This document shows, one piece after another, positions 56,454-64,000 of a stretch of 64,000 nt of DNA. The notes beneath the pieces were generated by a model. That model searched no databases. It had not been told where the DNA came from and saw nothing but the letters and a program-made list of their open reading frames with translations. The DNA is from Candidatus Latescibacterota bacterium (GTDB lineage: Bacteria; Latescibacterota; UBA2968; UBA8231): the NCBI GenBank assembly GCA_965221775.1, contig CBDCSU010000006.1:416001-480000 (forward strand), read 5' to 3'. How positions within the stretch are numbered: the stretch's first letter is position 1; each line of letters starts with the position of its first letter. The translations under genes were made by a program, and so were the position numbers.

Positions 56454-56574
56454 GGGCCGGTTCGCGTCCTTTGCGAGGCCGGGCGCAACTTCCCACCTGC
56501 GTCAGCAGATCGGTCCGGCCGCTACCGGGAGGATACTACGGGGGATTCAGGTTGAGGCAAGCTGTTCCCGGACA

Positions 56575-57996
56575 TCACACGGGGGCATTGCCGACGCGGA
56601 TCCCCTCGGTCTGCCCGGGGGCCGGCCCCGCCGGAGCCGCCGGGCCGCGGGTCCCGCCTTCGGCGAGGCAGCCCACCAGCTCCCTCCCCTCCCTAAACAG
56701 ATCGTGGAGATGCACGTAGCGGAACATGGAGCTCCGCCCCGTCAGGTGCAGGTTCTCGAAGCTCCGGAAGTAGTCGACGAGGAGTTCTACGTGCCCCGCC
56801 AGTCCCGCTTCGAGCACGGGATAGGCGAAGGGCAGCTTGAGCACCGTGAAGCGCAGGACCTCCCCCTCCCCGAGCGGCTTCACCCTCTGCAGGGCCCGCC
56901 AGGCCCGGCGGAGGACCTCGCCGTCCGGCAGGCTCCACAGCGGGTCATCCGCGAAGCAGGGCATCTCCAGGACGATGGCCGTCTTTCCCTCGGGAGCCAT
57001 GTGGGGACTGCGGTTCCTTGGTTCGTAGAGGCGCGTGAAGGGGAACTCCTCGCCGGGGAAGTAGAGGGAGGCGTTGGGCGAGAAGGAGGGCCGGTCCAGA
57101 CAGAACACGCACAGGACCAGGTTCCGGTATCGCACGGCGTCGGCCGCGGCCAGCACCTCCGGGGGCGGCGGCGGATCGAGGATCTTCGCCGAGAGCGTCA
57201 GGGGCAGGGTGTTGACCACGGTGGAGACCTCGACCTCCTCGCCGCCGTTGACGACGACCCGGTCGATCCGCCCCCCTGAGTGCATGATCCGCGTCACCCG
57301 GCTGTCGAGGCGGATCCGCCGGGCGCCGATGGCCTCGCTCATGCCGTCGACGATGGCGCCGAACCCGTGCCGGGGGTACAGGAAGGAGCCGTCCAGGTGA
57401 CTCGCGCGGCGGGCCCTGCCCAAGAGGGTTTCGCGCAGGAAACCGGCCAGGTCCAGTCCCTTCATGCGCCCGCCCGAGACCTCCGTGGAGAGCCGGAAGG
57501 GATCGGTCCCCCACAGCTTCCGCGAGTAGTTGAGCAGGAACAGGCCCGCGAGGGTCGGGCCGTACTGATGCACGGCGAACTCACCGAAGCTCCCGGGGCT
57601 CTTCCGGGGCCGCGGCCGCAGGCTCTCGGCGGCGATCCTCACCAGGGTCCGCCGGTCGAGCCCCCGGATCAGGCTGCCCAGCTGCAGAGGGAAGCGGAAG
57701 TACCGCCCCTCGTGGAAGATCTGGCTCGGCGCCCGGACCTCGAAGAGCTCTCCCTTGAGGAGGGCCCTGATCTCGCTGGTGACCTCCGGGTCCTTGTCGT
57801 GGAGGCGGTGGGCGCCGGTGTCGAAGAGGAACTCCCCAAGGCGCAGGGTGCGGCAGTTGCCTCCCGGCCGGGATCCCGCTTCGAGGACCACGAAGTCCAG
57901 GCCCCTCTTGGCGGCGTGGTAGCCCGCGGCGAGGCCGGCCGGTCCCCCGCCGAGGATATGGATGCCGGCGCCAGGGGACTCAGTCTCAGTACTCAT
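56575..57996 (-). CDS. FAD-dependent oxidoreductase (HemY / UDP-galactopyranose-mutase-like, COG1232)
   Basis: GGGPAGL, GG..RT, FDTGAH, Y..KLWG, FLYP..GFG, AYPV, GR...FRY. Confidence 0.82.
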   Translation of the reverse strand: MSTETESPGAGIHILGGGPAGLAAGYHAAKRGLDFVVLEAGSRPGGNCRTLRLGEFLFDTGAHRLHDKDPEVTSEIRALLKGELFEVRAPSQIFHEGRYFRFPLQLGSLIRGLDRRTLVRIAAESLRPRPRKSPGSFGEFAVHQYGPTLAGLFLLNYSRKLWGTDPFRLSTEVSGGRMKGLDLAGFLRETLLGRARRASHLDGSFLYPRHGFGAIVDGMSEAIGARRIRLDSRVTRIMHSGGRIDRVVVNGGEEVEVSTVVNTLPLTLSAKILDPPPPPEVLAAADAVRYRNLVLCVFCLDRPSFSPNASLYFPGEEFPFTRLYEPRNRSPHMAPEGKTAIVLEMPCFADDPLWSLPDGEVLRRAWRALQRVKPLGEGEVLRFTVLKLPFAYPVLEAGLAGHVELLVDYFRSFENLHLTGRSSMFRYVHLHDLFREGRELVGCLAEGGTRGPAAPAGPAPGQTEGIRVGNAPV

Positions 57997-59374
57997 ACAC
58001 CGTCAGCTCCGGCCAAAGCCGGTTGACGTAGGGGTTGTGGTAGAAGGTCCGGACCGCCTTCGGCTCGCGGTCGGGCAGCGGGCTGCCGATGGCCACAAGA
58101 TCCCCTCCGGCGTTCGCCCCGACGGCGCGCAGGTCCTCCGGGCTCTCGACGGAGAGATACTCGGCCTCCAGCCCCTGGGAGGACAGGTAGTACTTGATGA
58201 GGGCCACCGACGCGACGCGCAGACCGCCGGCATCGCGGTCCGTCAGGTAGCGGTGGACCTGGGCGATGGCCGTCGGGCTCCGGTGCTGCGCCACCAGGTG
58301 CACGGTCACGTACCCGTAGCAGCAGAGGAAGAGGGCGAGGACCAGCCGCGACCACTTGGCGCCCTTCCTGCAGATCCAGTCGCCGGCAAAGGCCGGAACG
58401 AGAGCCAGGAAGGGCAGCAGCGGCAGCACGTGCCGGCTCTTGTGGAGCACGTTCTGGAAGAGGAGGATCCAGCCCAGGTAGAGGAGGCAGCCGAGGAGGG
58501 GCGCGCTCAGAAGGGCGGTGCCGCTCACGCGCTGGGCGGCACCGCGCCAACCCGCCGCCACCACCGCCAGGAGACCCGCGGTGGTGCACGCCGTCGCCCA
58601 GTGGCGCCCCGGCCAATAGAGTCCGAAGCCGTCGGCCCACAGGCTCCGGAAGATCGCCGCCCACCGCTGAAGGAACCCGGGCTCGGTGGAGAGGGTGCCG
58701 CCGAAGTCGGTGAAGTGGCCCCGGGTCTGGGCCAGGGCCGCCTGCACCAGCTCCGGCCAGCCGGTGACGGCGATCAGCGGGACCAGCCACAGGGCCGCCC
58801 CCGCCGCGCCGGCGCCGAGGAGTCGCAGCCGCCGGCCCCGTTCCTTCAGCCGCGCCAGCAAGGCCGGCAGCACCAAGGGCGCGCAGGACAGCCGCACGCC
58901 GAGGGTGAGACCCGCCAGGAACGATCCCCATGCCGCCCGGCCGCGCTCCGGCCGCCCCATGCACCAGAGGACGCCCAGGGCGCACGCGAGCCCCATGGCA
59001 TCGGGCATCCAGCGGTTGCTCATCAGCCACAGCAGCGGGTTGAAGAACACCAGGAAGGCGGCGATCAGGCCCGGGGGCGTGGTGAGCTTGATCCGCGCCA
59101 GACCGAGGGCGAAGAACAGGATCGCGAATGTGGACAGGCCCCCCAGCACCGCGAAGGCCACGGCGTATCGCCCGGTGAGGGCGTAGATCGCCTTGGCGAG
59201 GAAGCAGAAGACCGGGTAGGCCGGGAAGTGCGGCTGCAGCCGGGCGACGTCGAAGTCGACGACGCCGAGGGCGAAGCGCAGGCTGTCCAGGTCCTCGATG
59301 TAGTAGATGGCGCCGAGCAGCCGCGATGCGACGCACAGGACCAGCAGCGCGCCCCATGCTCTGCCTTCGCTCAC
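57986..59374 (-). CDS. Polytopic membrane protein, GT-C/PMT-like fold
   Basis: EDLDSLRFAL..FD...QPHFPAYP first loop, NPLLW, PD, LGVR, RHVLP; ~10 TMs. Confidence 0.65.
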   Translation of the reverse strand: MSEGRAWGALLVLCVASRLLGAIYYIEDLDSLRFALGVVDFDVARLQPHFPAYPVFCFLAKAIYALTGRYAVAFAVLGGLSTFAILFFALGLARIKLTTPPGLIAAFLVFFNPLLWLMSNRWMPDAMGLACALGVLWCMGRPERGRAAWGSFLAGLTLGVRLSCAPLVLPALLARLKERGRRLRLLGAGAAGAALWLVPLIAVTGWPELVQAALAQTRGHFTDFGGTLSTEPGFLQRWAAIFRSLWADGFGLYWPGRHWATACTTAGLLAVVAAGWRGAAQRVSGTALLSAPLLGCLLYLGWILLFQNVLHKSRHVLPLLPFLALVPAFAGDWICRKGAKWSRLVLALFLCCYGYVTVHLVAQHRSPTAIAQVHRYLTDRDAGGLRVASVALIKYYLSSQGLEAEYLSVESPEDLRAVGANAGGDLVAIGSPLPDREPKAVRTFYHNPYVNRLWPELTVYEY

Positions 59375-59401
59375 GGGGTACCCGGCGCCATCCGGAGGCC
59401 C

Positions 59402-60706
59402 CTACCAGTTGGCCATGTTGGCGTCGGAAAACCCGTACGCCGCCTGGAAGATCTCCTTGGCGCGTCCGTACCGCCGCACCGTCTCGTCGTAGCCGGCGGA
59501 TCCCGGCGCGTCGTACGAGGGCGCCTCTCCCATGATCCCGTGCAGCTCCTCGAGCTGGCCGTGGCTGATCAGGGCGAAGGGGTTGTACTGGAGGGCGACG
59601 GTGTATCCCTTCATCTCGGCCCAGTGCTTGTTCAGGTCGACCCTGCTCTCGTCGTCCGTGCCGAGGGCGGCCATGTCGCTCAGGGTGTCGTTGATGTAGT
59701 GCACCACCGTGGCGGCGATGACCTTCTCCATGCCGTTGGCCGCGGCCTCCCGCTCGGCGGCGATCTCCCCCTCCGATCCCTGGTTGACGATCAGGGTCCG
59801 CCCGGCCAGGAAGGCGGCGAAGATGTCGCCGCTGAAGTCGACGCCGGTCCCTCCCCTGTCGCGCTTCCCGGCGTTGCGCGACAGGCCGAAGTTGTACTCC
59901 GACTGGAAGTCGATGCGGCCATCGCCGTTGGAGTCGAAGGTGTAGTCGCCCACCGAGCCGGCGAGTCTGGCATCCGTGTAGCGGGCGTAGTCCCGGGCCG
60001 CGCCGAAGTAGCCGAAGGCCTCGTCCCAGCCGTGCTCCATGGAGGTGTAGGCCTTGCCCTCGCCGTGGGGCTCGCCGTTGCCGCGGTCGAGCAGCCCCGC
60101 CAGGTAGACCCCGGTGGCCTGGTAGTAGGGCACGGCGCCGATGAGCACCTTGTTGACCATCTGGCTCAGATCGACCCCGTTCTCGTCGGTGTAGGCCGCC
60201 GGCGTGCCGAGCTTGCCGGCGTCCTGCGAGTTGGCGGCGATCACCTCGAACCAGCCGCGCACCAGCTCGTCGGCGGTCTTGCCGTAGCCGATGACCGCGT
60301 CACCCGAGATCTTGCCCACCAGGTTCTTGCCCGTGGAGATCGACGAGTACCGGCTCTCCAGGGCGGGCCGATCGCCCGTGGTCGTCCGGGATTCCAGGTC
60401 GAGGGCGTCGTCGTAGGCGTAGAGGTCGAGCATCTCCTGCACCGAGACCGGCTGAGCGCCGTCCTTGCCGACGCTGTCGGTGAGGATCTTCAGGTCCTGC
60501 AGCAGCAGGTTGCGCACCGTCTGGCCCGAGTAGGCGACGCTGCTCTCGCCCTCGGTGAAGCGGCTGTCGAAGACGTAGGCGGAGGGGACGTCGATCGCCT
60601 CGACGGCCTTGTCGCCGTTGCCGTTGACGGGATTGGAATCGTCGTCGCCGCCGCAGGCGAAGAGCAGGGCGGCGGCGAGGAGCGGGATGGACCTCGGGAT
60701 TCGCAT
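59402..60706 (-). CDS. DUF4856-like (imelysin-related) lipoprotein
   Basis: Lipobox LFAC; VAYSGQT.R, Q...K.LIGA, MEHGWDEAFGYFG, H.W.E.KG. Confidence 0.75.
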   Translation of the reverse strand: MRIPRSIPLLAAALLFACGGDDDSNPVNGNGDKAVEAIDVPSAYVFDSRFTEGESSVAYSGQTVRNLLLQDLKILTDSVGKDGAQPVSVQEMLDLYAYDDALDLESRTTTGDRPALESRYSSISTGKNLVGKISGDAVIGYGKTADELVRGWFEVIAANSQDAGKLGTPAAYTDENGVDLSQMVNKVLIGAVPYYQATGVYLAGLLDRGNGEPHGEGKAYTSMEHGWDEAFGYFGAARDYARYTDARLAGSVGDYTFDSNGDGRIDFQSEYNFGLSRNAGKRDRGGTGVDFSGDIFAAFLAGRTLIVNQGSEGEIAAEREAAANGMEKVIAATVVHYINDTLSDMAALGTDDESRVDLNKHWAEMKGYTVALQYNPFALISHGQLEELHGIMGEAPSYDAPGSAGYDETVRRYGRAKEIFQAAYGFSDANMANW

Positions 60707-60738
60707 TTCCGGTCTCCTTTGTGCGAAGAGTTGGGGGA

Positions 60739-63281
60739 TCACAGGCCGCGGCGGATGCCGGCGGTCAGCTGGCGCCGCGGCCCTACGAGGATGCCCGAGC
60801 TGAGGTCGGCCTGGGGCTGGCCGGCGTGGGAGTGCAGCCTCGATCCGATGTAGACCTCGTCGAGCAGGTTCTTGGCGGTGACGAAGGCGCTCCAGCGCGG
60901 GGCGAAGGCGTAGTCGGCGCTGGCGTTGACGATGGAGTAGGCGGGGATCGGTCCGGTGTCGCCGCGGTTGAAGGTGCGGTCGATGTTCTCGAAGTCGGTG
61001 AAGACGTCGTCGACGAGCGCACGTCGGTCCGCAGGCGCAGGCCCCGCGTCTCCTTCACCAGGCTCACGGTCAGGGTGTGGGGCGGCGCGTACGGCAGCTC
61101 GTTTCCGGAGATGTCCACTTCGACGTCGCCGGCCCGCGTGGCCGAGGTGACGCGGCCGTTGCGGACCCGGGTCTGGAGCCAGGTGTGGGCGAGGTGGAGG
61201 TCCGGCAGGACCGGCCCCAACCTGGAGGCGTGCAGGGCCAGGGCCGTCTCCAGGCCGTAGGTCTCCACCTCGCCCAGGTTCCTGAAGGCCGTTCCCCGCC
61301 CGGCGGCCACGAGGTCCTCGACCCGCAGCCGGAAGGCGCAGGCCTCCACGGTGAGGGCCGGACCCCGGGAACGCAGGCCGGCCTCCAGGTTCCAGCTCTT
61401 CTCCGGCTTCAGGTCGAGCCCGCCGGCGCCGGCGTCCTGCCCGAAGTTGGTGAGCTTCAGGGCCCCGCTCGACGGCGGGGTGTAGCCGCGGTGGACGCCG
61501 GCGAAGAGGTTGACCGGTCCGCGCTGGTAGTTGACGCCGAGGCCGGGCAGCAGCACCCACGACAGCTTGTCGGCCAGGATGGCGCCGCGCAGCCGGTCGA
61601 CCCGCTCCTGCTCGAAGATCTCGAAGCGCGCGCCCGGGGAGAGGGTCCAGCGGCCCCACTCGACCCGCTCCCTGGCGTAGAGGGCGAGGGCGGCGGTCTC
61701 GTAGTGGTGGCTCTGGCCGACGATCTTCACCGGGTCGCCGGGATCCCCCGGAGTGCCGGTGTAGTAGACGCCCTCCCGGGCGCCGGGCGCGCCGCCGATC
61801 TTGCGGTCGTCGACAAAACGCTCCCAGTGGGCGCGGACCCCGGCCTCGGCCCGGGCCGCACCGCCGGCGAGGGTGTGCCGCAGGGTGTAGTCCTGGGCGG
61901 CGCCGCCGACGTAGAAGGTCCGCAGGATGCCGAAGTTGCCGGCGCCGCCGCCGACCCGCACGAGATCCCCGCTCTGGTAGTAGGGCACCGGCGTCAGATC
62001 CCCCGTCTCCAGGGCCGAAGCGCGCACGAAGATGTCGTCCTCGCGCCACCAGCGGCGGTCGAAGGCGTTCAGGTAGAGGGTGGTGTTGCCGGTCAGGTCC
62101 GGGGTGATCCGGCTGGTGTACATCAGGTCGAGGGAGGCCCGCCGGACGTCGAAGACGTCGTCCTCCTTGGGATTGAAGGCGGGGTCGGTGCGGAAGGAGT
62201 ACTCCGTCAGGCCCGTGTAGGTGGCGTTCGACTTCTCGAGGTTCCCGTTGAGCTTCAGGTAGAGCACCTTGCGGCCGCTCAGGCGGACCTGGGTCTTCAC
62301 CGTGCCGTTGAGCTGGTCGAAGGTGTTGTTGTCGCGGAAGCCGTTGCCATGCTTGTAGAGCAGTTGCGCGTCGGAGGCGGTCCGCCCGCCGCCGAGGCCG
62401 CGCCACTCGGAGTAGAGGCTGTAGTAGCCGTTGCCTCCCGCGGCGACCTGGTTGACCATCCCCCGGGTGCCGTCGGGTCTGCGTGTGGTGTAGTTGATCA
62501 CCCCGCCCATCGTCTGTGGGCCGAAGCGGACCGCCGAGCTCCCCTTGACCACCTCCATGGCGTCGATGCGCTCCGACGGCGGGTTGTAGTAGGCGTTGGG
62601 ATAGACGTAGACCGCCGGCTGGATCGGCACGCCGTCCTCGAGGATCAGCACCCGCGAGCTGCGGCGGGGGTTGAGCCCCCGGATGCCGATGCTCAGGCGC
62701 GAGTTGCCGAAGCCGTCGTCGGCGTAGCCGTTGATGCCGGGCAGCAGCTCCAGCAGTTCCTGGGTGCCCACGGGCTTGATCAGCTCCACCGTCCGCGGCG
62801 GCAGCTTCGACACCGTTCCCGTGCGCCTCCGGCTGACCAGCGGCGGTTCGCCGAGGATCTCCACCGGGGCCAGCTGGATGGGATCGCTGCGCAGGGCGAT
62901 TTCCAGGTCGAGGGCCGCTCCGGGAGCCAGGGTGATCTCCTCGAGGTGGGAGGAGTAGCCCATGAGGCTCACGGTGAGGCGCAAGCCGCCGGGGGCCACA
63001 TCGTCGAGGCAGAAGGAGCCGTCCCGGTCGGTGACGGCCTTGCGGTTCCGCTCACCCTCCCGCTCAAGGCCTACCAGACCCCCGGGGACCGGCTGTCCGG
63101 ACTCCCTGTCCGTCACCGCTCCGCAGATCTGCCCCGGCGCCCCCCTCCCGGCCGCCGTCTCGGCGTCGATCACCCGGCCCGCGATCTGCGCCGGCGCCTC
63201 GTCGGCGCCCCTCTCGGCGCCCGCCGCGGCGATCCCCGCCAGCAGGCCGGACACGACCATCCACTTCGGAATCCCGCGCAT
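60739..63281 (-). pseudogene. FecA-like TonB-dependent receptor with N-terminal carboxypeptidase-regulatory-like domain; 1-nt frameshift near 61015
   Basis: IGIRGLNPRRSSRVLILEDGVP, YY.P..ER, KG..AVRFGPQTMGGVINY, GNELPYAP; C-terminus (VDDVFTDFEN...GIRRGL) continues in another frame. Confidence 0.8.
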
Positions 63282-63493
63282 CAGAACACCGCCGGATTGG
63301 GCTCTCGGGCCCCCTGGTCGCCGGCTGCTTCGCCGGGGGTGAGGACGCTGCGGCCGTAGCTGCCCTCCTCCTCCTCCTCGGGCTGGGGCGACAGCACGGG
63401 GTCGCTCTCGCAGCCGGCCAGCACCATCCAGCACAGGGCGCCGGCGGCGCCCAGCCACACCGCCAGGCCGGCGGGCAAGACGGATCTCCTCAT
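63281..63493 (-). CDS. Small lipoprotein (70 aa)
   Basis: Signal plus lipobox VLAGC, GAGGA RBS, stop overlaps TonB receptor ATG (TGATG). Confidence 0.65.
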   Translation of the reverse strand: MRRSVLPAGLAVWLGAAGALCWMVLAGCESDPVLSPQPEEEEEGSYGRSVLTPGEAAGDQGAREPNPAVF

Positions 63494-63505
63494 CGCGCAG
63501 TCCTC

Positions 63506-63901
63506 TCAGTTCAGGTTGTGGAGCTGCGGCGGCTCGACCCGCGGCCCTGAGAACACCTGCAGGCGGGCGCCGCGCGGTGGGCACGCCTCCTCCGGGGACG
63601 GCCCCTGACCCGACTCGAGGCTCTCCCCGATGGCCTCGGCCGCCTCCTGCATCGCCTCGGCCAGCGCCGGCAGGACCCTGGCGCTCAGGCAGATGACGGT
63701 GGTGCAGAACGCCAGGGACAGGTACGAGCAGGTCAGGAGGCCCGCGTCGACCAGGCTCCTGGCCCGCTGCACTTCCCGGTTCAGCTCGCGGAACTCGCCG
63801 GGGGGCATGCCGATGTTGACGTTCTGGGTGACCAGGTGGATACCGCCGTGCTCACAGCGGTAGATGGTGGCCACGGGGGGATTGCTGACGATGGGCTCCA
63901 T
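63506..63901 (-). CDS. Hypothetical Cys/His protein (DUF6686-like) at head of TonB/DUF4856 operon
   Basis: CEHGGIHL...NV.I......F motif; co-oriented with the uptake genes. Confidence 0.55.
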   Translation of the reverse strand: MEPIVSNPPVATIYRCEHGGIHLVTQNVNIGMPPGEFRELNREVQRARSLVDAGLLTCSYLSLAFCTTVICLSARVLPALAEAMQEAAEAIGESLESGQGPSPEEACPPRGARLQVFSGPRVEPPQLHNLN

Positions 63902-63939
63902 GGGATATCTTTCTCACCGGAGACGAAAGAGCCCAGACG

Positions 63940-63963
63940 GGTCCCGGTCGGCCGACCGGGACC
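63940..63963. repeat. Perfect 24-bp palindrome within a longer imperfect hairpin (~63920-63987)
   Basis: GGTCCCGGTCGG|CCGACCGGGACC. Confidence 0.85.
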
Positions 63964-64000
63964 GATCGTTTCGGGCTTGCGTTTCTCGACGGGCTATTGG

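Noticed and set aside
56454-56574. Possible cobalamin riboswitch upstream of the TonB receptor (two GGGAA words on minus strand)
   Set aside because: No recognisable GCaACtGT, GCCACTG or B12-box; better explained as a promoter region.
1-64000. Many long alternative-frame and antisense ORFs (e.g. 19..2250, 7289..9835, 13123..15663, 57962..60853)
   Set aside because: Arg/Pro/Gly-rich shadow ORFs expected at high GC; they overlap genes with clear family motifs.

Overview
High-GC bacterial window with no rRNA, tRNA, CRISPR array, integrase or transposase visible. The host is probably a diderm of the FCB/Latescibacterota type and possibly a marine-sponge symbiont. This is inferred from TonB receptors, a FlgD-Ig C-terminal domain, a 'TAVE..SWGQLK' C-terminal tag, four PhyH dioxygenases, a sulfatase, and LRR/FN3/Calx-beta surface proteins. 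Main blocks: (1) 1-7.3 kb, an AdoB12-binding CarH/LitR-type MerR regulator with an upstream palindromic TnnACA operator, heading a COG2907-DUF1365-cfa-DUF1295-methyltransferase operon that resembles the furan-fatty-acid pathway; (2) 7.4-47.7 kb, long strings of catabolic genes of unknown substrate, interrupted by single secreted/surface-protein genes (double Cache, GH16-FN3/PKD, LRR, cadherin/FN3/Calx-beta); (3) 47.7-53.5 kb, a Fur-family-controlled ECF Co/Ni transporter with fused subunits, COG0523, WD40 and a His-rich lipoprotein; (4) 53.6-64 kb, two TonB receptors (one frameshifted), a DUF4856-like lipoprotein, a GT-C-like membrane protein and a flavoenzyme. Signals not explained by the gene list: several surface-protein genes are flanked by gene remnants or by an ~80 bp duplication with no mobile-element gene nearby, and there is a ~190 nt candidate structured leader RNA at 40655-40840. 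All family assignments come from visual motif recognition, not database searches.
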